Shown: positions 1 through 11,800 of the stretch, piece by piece | Layout: every line of letters begins with the position of its first letter | How positions within the stretch are numbered: position 1 is the stretch's first letter | NCBI GenBank assembly: GCA_964252035.1 | Contig: OZ176200.1 | Origin: Podarcis erhardii | Taxonomy: Eukaryota | Length of the DNA: 64,000 bases | Direction: 5' to 3' (one strand) | Made by a program: the position numbers and the translations under genes | The notes under the pieces: generated by a model | Told to the model about the DNA's origin: nothing | Databases searched by the model: none | What the model saw: only the letters and a program-made list of their open reading frames with translations

Positions 1-268
1 TTGTAGACACTCAAACTCAGGACGCAAGGGAGAAACATGCTAGGAGGAAGGCACGCTTGGCAAATCCACACCGTGATCAACTCCCACCTGGAAACCAATG
101 TCCTCACTGTGAAAGGATGTGTGGGTCCAGAATTGGCCTCCACAGTCACTTACAGACTCATTGTTAAAACTGTGTTTATGGAAGACAATCTTACTCGGCT
201 ATGAGTGATCGCCAAAGAAGAAGAAGCTTCTACTGGATGTGTGGTGTGCTCAGAGCAGGATTAGTCAC

Positions 269-388
269 TCTCAGATCACACATACTCTTCCACCTCAGCT
301 GTGTTAGCATCCTCTAAAATATCCAACTTATTCTTCTCCCTTTTTTCTCTCTTCCTTGATCCCTAGTTCCTCCAGCATTTTCCTGGAA
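269..388 (-). pseudogene. Candidate decayed (pseudo-)exon resembling the SPEG exon that follows the large exon
   Basis: 120 nt, AG...GT in phase 1-1; reads VPGKCWRN*GSRKREK...EVEEYV*SE with two in-frame stops. Confidence 0.45.
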
Positions 389-598
389 CTTGTACCACAA
401 CCAAAAAAGTGGCCAACAAGTTGGTGGAACTACAATTTGTAAGCCTCCCTCCCTCCCCCACATTAAAAGTCATACAGCACTTATAAAGGATGCCTTTAAA
501 CATGCACAGGGGAGCCATGCTCCCTCAATGGAGAAACATCAACCATAACACACACACCCGCTTTCCCAGGTGGGAAATAGTTGTAGACCATTGCTCAC

Positions 599-2822
599 CG
601 CTGCCTGTGGATGTGTCAGACTGGAAGGACTCTGTGGAAGGGACACTTGCAGACTGGGCTGCCAGCTGGTTCTGCGGGATACCCACTTGACGCAGGTTTT
701 CCCCCTCTGAAGTTGCACGGCGCAGGTGAGAGAGGAAAGGAGCTTTCTTCTCAGGCTGCCTGATACGGTCGCTACCAGCAGCAGCTGCCTGGTCTTCTTC
801 GCCACGTTGTGAGTGGCTGCGCAGATGCGTGGAGAGGCGCCCCATGGTGGTCCCAATCTTCCTGCGCACAGCCATGACGGGCGACTCACTGGAGCCAGGC
901 TCCGACTGCTGGCTGCCCGAGTCCTTTTTGTCCTTGGAAGCCAGGCTCCCAGACAGCCTCGCCCCCCCTCCTTCCTCCTCCTTGGCCTTCCTCCTCTCGA
1001 CAGGAGGCGTGCGTCGGAGTCGCATTGACATCCTGCGGATGAAGCCGCCCTCCTTCTCCACTTCATGCAGGTCCTGCACAGAACGAGAGCGCTCGCCCAG
1101 GTGTCGAGAGACCCCAGACTTGGACAGCTCCAATGGGGCACCCACAGGGCCTGGCCGGTAGATGCCCTCTTCCCGCGGCCCGGCCAGCTGCCGCTCCTCA
1201 GACCTGGAGAGCAGCTTGCGGCCCCTGCTGAGGGAGCCTTCCCTGCCTCTCTTGAATTTGGCCTCAAAGACCTCTTCAGAGTCAATGTCCAGGATGTGCT
1301 CAGCACTGGAGGAGCGAACTTGGGGGGAGGGTTCCTTGCTGGGGGTCTGCGCAGCCTTCTTGGCAAAGGCAGCAGTGGGGTGGGACTGTGTTGCAGCTGG
1401 AAAGGTTTGAGGTATACCTTCTGAGGCAGCCACAGAAGGTTCTGCGGCCTCCCTGTGAGGGACCTGGGATGACTCGCCAGCCAGGGTTTGCATGACATCA
1501 GCGTAGGCCGAACGCTTGGGGGCCGAGCTGCCTGGGGTGGGTGAGATGGGTGTGCGAGTTGTTGACTCCCTTGGAGAGCCTATGGCTTTCACAGCTTCTG
1601 GAGCGTCAGGTTTAGACAATCTCGCCAACGCCTTTTCCTCAGGTCCCCTGGCAGTTGGTCTCCTCAAGCTAGCCCTGCCGATGGGCTTTGTTCCCGCCTC
1701 TGCCTCAGGGGTAGGCGGCTTGGAGGGAACCTCGTGTGGCGTGTGGGGCCTGGATTCATTCAGAGCGGAGAGGGACGGCGTCTCTTTCAGCCTCTGGACT
1801 TCGGCCTGGGCTAAGGGGATTTCCAGCGGTGCTCCGGAGCGGCGGTGCAGGGTGACAGGCTCCCCGTCGCCTTGGCTGAAGGAGCTGCTCTTTTGGAGGA
1901 GGCGCCCCTCAGGGGGCATGTGCTGCGGAGCCGTCTCGATGGAGGCTGCGCGCACCATCTTGTGCCCGGGGGACAGCTGCTTCTCCAGCCTGGGAGGCCT
2001 CAAGCCCTTTTTCTCAAGGCCAAGGGTCTCCAGCAGCGGCCCCCGCAAGCCGCTCATCTTGCCGTCCACGGGGCTGCCGTGCAGCAGGCGCTGCCGCATG
2101 ACCTCTAGACGCTGGGTGTATTCTTCCTCTGGCAGCCCGCCCTTCCTGCGGTACAACGTGCCAGGGCTGGGGCTCCGACGGGGCAGCTCCATGGAGGCTG
2201 CTTTGGTCAGGCGTTTGCGGGAGTGGGGCTCCGCTTCATCCGAGGGAAGACTAAGCAACAGGGCGCTGTCGGCAGAGCTGCCGCGGCGCAGCTCCCCCTT
2301 ACGCGAAGCTTTGTCAGATGCTTCTGGGGAATCCAGGCTGGAGCCTTTCTTCAGGGCCTTCCTGGGGTACTCTGGCCTTTTCTGGGCCTCGTGAGTCTCC
2401 TCGTCGGAAGAGCCAGGCTCCTCAGCCTCTGTGGAGCGCTTCCGTGGCAACGTGCCCTTCTGCCTCCTGAAAGAGAGCTCTGCTTCTTCCTTTCTCTTGG
2501 GATCCACCACAGCTCCCTGCCCCTCATCATCCTGCCACTCCATCAATGTGCCCTCTTCATCTGCTGGAGCCCCCTCAGGGCCGGGAGGCTCATCTTCTGT
2601 TGGGATCTCAGTGAGGGACATGCGGGAGCCGGAAAATTCGGGCTGATGGGGCATGGGAATGTAGGGCAACTCCTCTGGGTCATCAGAATCCGAAGAGGAG
2701 GACAACACCGAGGTCTCCTTGAGGAGGCGAGGCACAGCAATAGACAAGTGGCTGGATGTGTCCTCTAGGAGCTCAGGAATCGGCCGTGGCACCATGTTGC
2801 ACTTGTAGCTGATCTGGGAGCG
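599..2822 (-). CDS. SPEG: SPEG large inter-kinase exon, RSQISYK...SDTSTGS
   Basis: 2224 nt inside the 769-aa ORF; CCCCAG acceptor, GCG|GTGAGC donor; motifs [44 protein letters not shown]. Confidence 0.97.
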
Positions 2823-5800
2823 CTGGGGAAACAAAGCACATGCTGAATGGGATGGAGCTCAAACAAAGACCCAGAGTGCCTCTGTTCCACCCACACCTCA
2901 TTTCACAGGCTTGGCTGCCCACCCTCTTGATGAGGTCAGACTGTAGCTCCCATCATCCCTGACCATTGGACATGTTGGTTGACCAACAACATCTGAAGAG
3001 CACGATGGAAAACTGTCAGGGACCACATCTAGCAACTGGCAGGGTCATATGCCCACACAGTCGCACACAGACACTAACAATTACACACACACACCACTTG
3101 TGCTTCACGGCAGCATTTTCTGCAGAATGGTGTCCACCTTCCCATCCACCCCCTTCTTAATTTTGCTGCTGGAGGGAATTCACAACTGCAAATCAACCAA
3201 TCAATAAATTGCCAGCACGCTGACAGCTGCCAAGGTGTTTCCTGTCTCCGATACCAAGTTTACCTGCCATTTCCGGCGAGATATGAAGAGCTTGAGATGA
3301 TCTGTACTGATGCTCTTGCCCTTGGCTAATGTCTGAAAGGAAGGGTGGAAGCAGGCAGGGTCAGAAGAACAAGCACAGCTCTGTAGCTGGGTCAAAACAA
3401 AGGCCTATCTAGTCCAGCCTGTTTCCCACAGTGGCCAAACAGATGCCTCTGGCTCAGGCAGCTGGAAAGAGTTGCTTTTGCTCCCTGCATGTGTGGCAGA
3501 AGCCTTTGCTTGAAGGAACCTCTCCCACTTTGAGCTACCAAGATTTTCTCCTGCCTAGAGAAAGGCATCACCACCCAACATGGGCCCCACTTCTCTTTCT
3601 AAAGACGCATCAGCAAATGGACTTACCTTGAACCAGGGGTGTTCCAGGGTCTGATCTGCATTGGGTCTCCTGGGAAGGAAAACAAGAACGAGTCAATATG
3701 TAGATACAGCATTCGCTAGCGTAGAGGAAAGCTGCAGCTAAAGTCCACACTTCCACACACTGCTCCTCAGCATGTCCTTTTCCTTTCCTTCTGCTTCCTC
3801 CAGCCCACCTCCAATCACTCTCCTCTCTCCCACCAAAAGCAGAATGGCTTCCTCTGATTACTTGCCTTCCAATGCTCCTTCTTTCCAGGCTTGAATCAAA
3901 GGACTGTGAGAGCCTCTCCTTGCTTTCTAGAACGGCTAACAAACCTCACAGCTTAAAAAGAGTGAGATCACTCTTGCACAATCACCTTGCTTTTTCCCCA
4001 AGAGGTAGGGTTAAAATACATTACATCAATAAATAATACACTATTCTTGCTTGCTACTATAGTAGACATGGAAGTCAGGGTGAGAGGATCACATGGGTAA
4101 TCAAAGCTTTTTGGCGGGGTGGGGGTTGTCCCCAAGCATTGTGTCTCTTTGGGCTCCTTCAGACAACCTGTTTACTGAGCTGTCATTCTGATTTGCTTAC
4201 ACAAAGCTTACACAGACAGAGGTTATGCCATGTCTGGTCTTCATTGAGCATTCGTTCCAATTTGTTTGTGGGGAGGTTATACAACAATGATCGTTCACCC
4301 TCATTTGCTAGTTTGGTGTTCTTATATCTCCTTAACCATTCATTCATCCCACACTTTCCAGTCCATTTCTCTGTAATTTTCCTAAGTGCAAAATGTGTGT
4401 TAAAGTGGATGTAGTGTGTGTTGGCCCCTTTGGGCAGTTGTTTTATTGTGTGTGTGTTCTGCAATATGTTCTTGGCACAATAGCAGTCTGCTAGAGATTT
4501 ATTTTGGTTTCCTTGGCTTCTGTAATGCTTCCTCAATGCTATCACATTATTGCCACCTTTAGAGGCTATACAGCTACAAAAGCTGAACAAAAGTATACCA
4601 GAATCCTTGTGGTATAAAAAGTTGCAGGATTTCAGCAGGAAGCCACAGGATCATGTGTGACCACCCTGAGAGCATCCTGAGCACAATTCATCATCAATAC
4701 ACAATAAAAAGGATGTCTGGAGGGGCCCTAGAGCATATTTCTCGCTGCAAAGCCCTGGCAGCCTGCTGGTGACTTACCCAGGTAGGGGAGGCCTGGAACT
4801 CTCTTTGGCCCCAACTCTAAGGTGGCTTTTCTTTCTGTGCCTCTGGACACATAGCTTTCCCTTTCTCAGAGAAGGAATAATTATAGTTGTTTTTTCCCTC
4901 TCTCTGCCATGGGGGCGGGGAGTTTGTGTGTGGGGAGTCCTCTTTGCACCCCACACAGGTAAATGCCTCTATCTAATCCTCAGGGAGACCCTTAATATAC
5001 CCTATTACTTACAGGCGATCATTGACCAGTACTTTGATAACAAAGCCTTTAGCCTCTCTCGTCAGTCCTGTGAACATACTCTCCTCAAAAGCCACGTTGT
5101 AGTTGCGGATGTTCATGAGTGTGGTCTTGTCGTTCTCACCCACGAACGGGGAGATCCCTGTGAGACTGAGAGAGGGAATAGTCAGAAAATCATTGGCTTG
5201 CAGGCTTGAGACAAGCTTTCTGGGTTTCCCATGCCCTTGCATGCAAGGATGTAGTGATAGGGTGAGGAAATTTACCAGGGTAGCTTTTCAAGGTTCCCCA
5301 AGCCATAATTCACACCTTGGAGACAGTAGAGCATGGCTCTCTGGAGAGCTGAATGGGAACACTATGTCAAAGCATAGTGGTGGAATTATCTGCTTCCAGG
5401 ACAAGGAAGAGCCCTGGTATTTCTCATTGTGCCTTCTCTTTACCATAATAGGGTAGAGCTGCAAGGGAGATGGGAGGAACCTGAACAGTCCTAGCATAGT
5501 CCTCCAACCTGAGGCTTACCATAGATATGTGATTACTCCCACTGGCCTGTAAAAAAAGAACAGACAAAATTTCAGTGCTTGGACAGGACACCTCTAGGAG
5601 GAGTTAAGTTATATGATCCAGGTGGTACCTATACTTAGTGATCTTAAGGACAGATAGATTAAATGGGATGATGGTATCAGGGGTTGAGCTGCAGTTACAG
5701 ATAGGTAGCCGTGTTGGTCTGCCATAGTCAAAACAAAATAAAAAAATTCCTTCCAGTAGCACCTTAAAGACCAACTAAGTTAGTTCTAGGTATGAGCTTT

Positions 5801-8800
5801 CGTGTGTATGCACACTTCTTCAGATACACTTCTTCTTGAGCTGGTTGAGGTTCTTTCCAACTCAATGATTCTGTGATTGTAAGGTTAGGGTCTGGACAAT
5901 AGAAGGGCTGTTTCAGTTGTCAGATAAGGTGTGGTGGCTTTGTTCTGCAAAATAGATGGTCAAGTAGAAGTGATCTGTTTCTACAGGAGCTAAAGTCTAG
6001 AGACCCCTCTGCCAGAAGAGAGCCTTTTGGGAAGGGGGCTTACCTTCCCTCTCCCAGTTGTGGAATGTGCTAACTCATATGCCTGTTTTTGCTCTCTGCA
6101 AGAATACTATGTTGCTGGTGGCCCCCCTAATCTGATGAGGGAGAAGCATCTGCTGGAGTATGTTTAATGCTGTGAAACTCCACCTATGTTCAACGTGTAC
6201 TGTATGCATGTGAAAATAAACCATATATCACAAAACGAAAGCAAGCCTTCAGAAATCAAGTTTATGACAGACCCCTGGAGTTCTTACTGCTTCGAGCCTT
6301 GGGGTGCATGTAACGATAGATAGATTAGATTAGCCCCTAGCTAGCATATGGTATGGCTCCATGATCAGGGAGTCCAGAGCACCAGGCCATTCTAGGGTCT
6401 GCAGTGTTTGGATTTGTAAGGGGTCTTCAAGAGGTCGGGATCCAACTTAAGGTTGAAACAAATGCACTACAGTAGAATGGGCAATAATGAGCCAGTGCAT
6501 CATGCTCACACTCCCCAAGTAAGACTTCTAAAAAAAAGTGTTTTGCACTGTCCTTAAGAGGAAACAGCATGGGCTGATCTGCAAGAGTCAAGGCAAAACA
6601 AGCTGCACAGTCCATGACAGGGAGCAACCTTGATGCCTCTCTTGTGTTGACTCTGCCCCATGCAAACCAGCAATTGCAAGCCCAGATCCAATTGAGTTTG
6701 TTCTTCCGATAGGCATCCCACAGTCCCAGAAAAATCTTCTGGACTACAGGTTAAGCAAGGGCCTATCCCAGTAATTCCTCCTCTCTGAAATTGCCCAATA
6801 CTCAAACTCAGGAATTCCCCTTTAGCTTTTAATTTCTCCTTTCTGGTGCTCATTTCAGGGATGTGTGTGCACAGACATACATCATATTGTGCAGGTGCAT
6901 CTGTTTACCAAACATCGGTGACACCGGAGACTGGACTCTGGCTGACAATCTCGGGGCCCACAAATTCGGGGGTGCCATACTTGCAGTACTGCAGCTCATC
7001 CGGAATCAGCTCTTGTGCATTGCCAAAGTCACAGATCCGCACCTGATCGCTGCCGGGTTCAGCCAGCAGCAAGTTTTCAGGCTGTGGGAAAGGAAAGTGG
7101 AGAGGTATTAAGGAGGTGCCCCGAGAAAAAGCTGCTAGGTAAGCAAAATAATTCACAACTGTGAAACGTGACAGATTCTCACCCACAATAGGCACAGATT
7201 ACAGAAATCATTCCCTTCTCTAGGGGATTCCCTACAGCCAACATTGCATTATTCACACCAGTGAGCTATGCTGTGGTCTTCAGAAAGGTGTCTAGCCCCT
7301 TTTCATGTCCACTACTTCCTCAATGCCATGCATGCTTGTAACTATTTCCAGCAATCTCCTGAATGGCAGAGCGTGTGTGTTTATTGATCCCTTAGATTTG
7401 CACAAATCCAGAGAACTGTACCAGCATGTCACATTAAAATTTTCAACACCATCCATCTCCTCCAGGTTGCATGGATGGAGATCGAAAAAGTGAACCACAA
7501 CCTACCCTCCAGAGGTGCCACAACCAGGTATGGCAGGAAGCTTTATCTGAAAAACGCACCCAGCCAGAGGTGAAATAAAAAGTGGCAGGTTCCTTTTTTC
7601 CTCATAATAATTCCAGTGTCGGAGAGCCCAGGTCACCTCTCTGCCATCAATTCTTTTGGTAAAGTGTGATATCGTAGGTGGGGCAGCATCATTTCTCATC
7701 GTGTCCCATAGAATGTGCATACCTCCTGCCCCCATTTTCTTTCATTGTTATGTTATATATGTGTCCTAATGGTGAGATTGTGTACAAGGTGTGTGGTCTT
7801 CCTGGTGTTATTCCCATTCTGGACAGGGGATGGAGGGGATCGTTCTTTCCTTTTCTCCCTTGTTTGGGGTTCTCTGTATACTATTCTGTACATTTAAGTA
7901 CTATGTGTGCTGGTTTACATGTTGGTTTGGTTTTATTGTATGGTTCTTGAAAAATCTCAAATGTGTTTCTCAAAATAAAAGAACCAGACCCAATAATTTG
8001 TTTTGAGTAAGAGAACAAAACAGAGCTCACAATCCTTTCACACAAAAATCCACTCCTGGTTATCCTCCCACTCTAAAAATGTTTTTTTTCCTTCATTTCA
8101 GCAGTATAATTAAGGGAGGGATGCGACAGGCACCCATTATCTGCACTTTCCGGAAACAACTGAAGACATTTTTGTTCAGACAGGCTTTCCCAGCTGGATA
8201 AATGGGTCTTTACCACAAGTGTCTACATTTTACAGTTTTAGTTTTGTTTTAGATGTGTTTGCTTTTTTGTGTTTTTAACTGTTTCTAATTATCTTTAGTG
8301 CACATCGTCTTGAGACAGCTGTTCAGAAGGCAATTGATAAATCAATGATGGCAATATTAATTTTGTTGCTGTCATTGTTGAACAATTGGGGAGTCAGAAA
8401 TCCTTGCCAATCTACATCAAGTCACCCAGAAATCTACTAGTAGATCAAAGTCCCCTTTCTGCTCACCCTTCCTGTAGTTTTAATAGAATTAAAACTATAC
8501 ACATATATAAAATCTATCAATGTTTAGTTGTTTTTAAAGGTTTTTTTCCCTATTTTTTATTTTTAATCTGTAAGGTGCCTTGAGTCCCATCAGGGGAAAA
8601 GGCAGGGTATAAAACAACAACAACATACTATAGATTACAGGTACCTTGAGAACATCACTCTCTATTTAACAAGCATATATTATAACGGGGATTCTGCCAT
8701 CAACCTCAGGTTGTTTGGAATTTTTGTTCTCACAAGGCAGTGTGACACCTTTGGCTACCCAAGTTGGTTCTTACTCCATAAGCTCCCCAGAACCTCCTTG

Positions 8801-11800
8801 CAGCCCATTCATTAGCCCAGTGGAGATCTGGTGGAAAGCCAAGGATGTTAGGGAATTGAAAAGCAAGGGAGACAAGCCTGGGGCCTTTCAATTGTTTCTG
8901 CAATACAGGATAGCAGCTCTCACCAACACATTTCTAGAGCAAAGTCTAATTCCACAGCATCAAAGAAGGAACACTTGCTGAGAGTCTGAGGGTCCTGCTC
9001 CTGCCTCTCTCCACCAGGCCTAGGGCGGGGCCTGAAAAAAGGACTGTTGCTGCCCAACAGAGAGTACTGTTTACGTTCTTTAAAACTGCTTTTTAATTGT
9101 ATTTTTAATTTTAAAAAAAATAAATAATTTAAACTGTTTTTATATGTTGGGGTGTTATTCGGCTGTTTCTGTTGATATTTTGATTATGTATTTTGTGTTT
9201 TTTATCTTGTAATTTTATCTTGTGAACTCCCCTGAGACCTGCGGATCAAGGGTGGTATATAAATTTAATAAAGAATAATAAGGAATAATAGTTTTGCTGC
9301 ACCACACTAGGTTCCTTGGGAAGGATTGGTTGTTAAACTACTCTAGGAATTGTAGTTCTGTGAGGGGAGCAGCCTTAGCAAACTACATTCCCCAGGATTC
9401 TTTGCGGGAAGGAAGCCATGACTGTTTAAAGTGGTATCATAGTACTTTAAATGTATGACGGGGCCTATGATTTCAGTCCGTACAAAGGAAGAGTTGAATC
9501 CCAGCCGGGCTGGGCCAAATGCTCAGGGAATATAGATGAGGGCTAAGGCTGACCACAGCAGGACATGCCAGGGTGCACTCACCTTAATGTCAAGGTGCAA
9601 GATGCCATGATGGTGGAGGTAGCTGACACCCTCCAGGACCTGCCGCATGTAGCAACGTATCTGCAGGGGAGTAACCCAGCAACAGTCATAAGGTACAGTC
9701 AAAAAAAGAGAGATCCAATTAGACACACACAGAAGGCGGGATTGGAGCCCAAACCACCAACTTGTCATTGCTATGGAAATTTGCTCGTCCTTGTCCCTGG
9801 TACTTGTTTAGCTAGGTTTTTATTTTTATTTTTAAGATCTATTGCTTTTCAATCATTTTCAAACTATGATTTTACTTTACCTGCTGCTTCACTGCCTATA
9901 CAGTTGTTTTCTTTTGCTGTGTTTTTTTTTTTATTATTGCATGAAAACTAATAGGAAAGCCATACAGGCTGAAAAAGGGGCGTTAATACATTTTCTAAGA
10001 AATGAAGCCCTTCCAGGACAATGAAGATAAGATGGCCTTGAGGGCCTGTTCCCATGACAGCAGCCTGCTCTTACTTCAGATTCGCTCACAGAGGTCTTCC
10101 TCGCAATCCGCTCTAGCAGTTCTTCTCCTGTGCAGCTGTATAGTCCGTCAAGGGAAATGTCATGTAAGTAGAGGCCCCACCCTGCCAGCTTCTCAAAAGC
10201 AGTGTCCACCTAGGAGTCCCTCATAACCATTACCAAAAAATAATATATATATTTTTTAAATGGCCTACTGCCCTGGATACTGGGTCTCCCAGCCACCACC
10301 AGATCTCCCAAATAGAGGATACAACTCCATGACAATGATGATGGCATTCCTCTTCTCAAAGGCATCATGGAAGTAGACAATGCGTTCATGGTCCAGCTGA
10401 GCTATGATGCCAAGCTCACGGCGTGCTGATTTCTTAGCTTTGGCGCGGCACGGGATGAACTTGGCGGCAAAGGCCAAACCGGAACTCTTCTGGGTCACTC
10501 GCCGCACGTACGAGAAGGCTCCCCTGAGAAGAAGAAGAAGAAGAAGAAGAAGAAGAAGAAGAAGAGGAGGAGTTTGGATTTGATATCCTGCTTTATCACT
10601 ACCCAAAGGAGTCTCAAAGCGGCTAACATTCTCCTTTCCCTTCTTCCCCCACAACAAACACTCTGTGAGGTGAGTGGGGCTGAGAGACTTCAGAGAAGTG
10701 TGACTAGCCCAGGGTCACCCAGCAGCTGCATGTGGAGGAGCGGAGACGCGAACCCGGTTCACCAGATTATGAGTCTACCGCTCTTAACCACTACACCACA
10801 CAGGTCATCATGAGGCACAACCCAGACCCATTCCTTGCTCTTCCCCTTGTTTTGCTGAGTTATGGTCATTCTGTTTTGACCGTGGCCCAGCTGGTCAAGG
10901 AAAGAGGTCAGAGGGCATGGCAGAGTGACTTCTCCTGTGAGGATGGAGGAGTGATGGAGAAGCAGAGGGCGTTCTTGAGAGAACAGGCCCAGCCCCTGCT
11001 GTTTTCTAGTCCTCTCTAGAAAACTTGTTCTTTTTTTATATATAATTTTTTTATTGAATTTTCACATTCTATATAAACACACACACAAAACAATACAAAA
11101 GACACACATATAAGGTTTCATATCCTTACTTTCCTAACCCTCTTTCCCTGACTTCCCCCCACCCACCCCCATACATCCCAATTTCCATATTTAATTCAGC
11201 AAGTTCTTACCCCTCTCCTTCCCCTATTCTTATTATGTTTAAACTTAATTCTTTTTGTTAAGCCAAATTTTATTTGTCCCATTCTCTTATATACATTAGA
11301 TCCTTTTTCTAAGATCGACCTAGGTTCTTATACCATAAATTTCCCCTTTTTTGTGTTAAAATATAAATCAAAATAACAAAACGCAAAAGTCATAATTTTT
11401 TTAGATTCTGCTCTCCCCCTCCCTCCCTGCCCCGGTTTCTGTCCCTTCCCAGATAAATGTCCACCCATACAACTCCTAGCTCGGATTCCTCACATCAGAG
11501 GCCTTCAAGTCTCTGTCAGTCTCTCTCTGACTATTTTGTTGGTGGTCCTTTTTGTTGGTCTTCAGGTCTCGAGGGATATCTGTCACAGTCACATCATCTT
11601 CTCTCACTCCCAACCTAATTAAAAAAACTTGCTGCCAAAATTCTGCCAAAGATCCCCCATATTCAAAGTCATAAAAGTCAGTAAGAAGGAGGAAGTCCCA
11701 GTTGTGTTTCTTTGCTCTTTTAATTTCCAATGTTCCATAATATCCAGAGACTTCCTCCTTTGCTTTTCTCATCTTTCTCATCTTTCCATAATTTGTAATC

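Noticed and set aside
539-2768. Long overlapping ORFs (319 aa at 539-1498, 292 aa at 1516-2394, 181 aa at 2223-2768)
   Set aside because: Shadow frames of the GC-rich SPEG exon; no independent start context or recognisable domain.
10265-10657. Apparent poly-Leu in the 130-aa ORF
   Set aside because: It is the intronic (CTT)n SINE tail read through the acceptor, not protein sequence.
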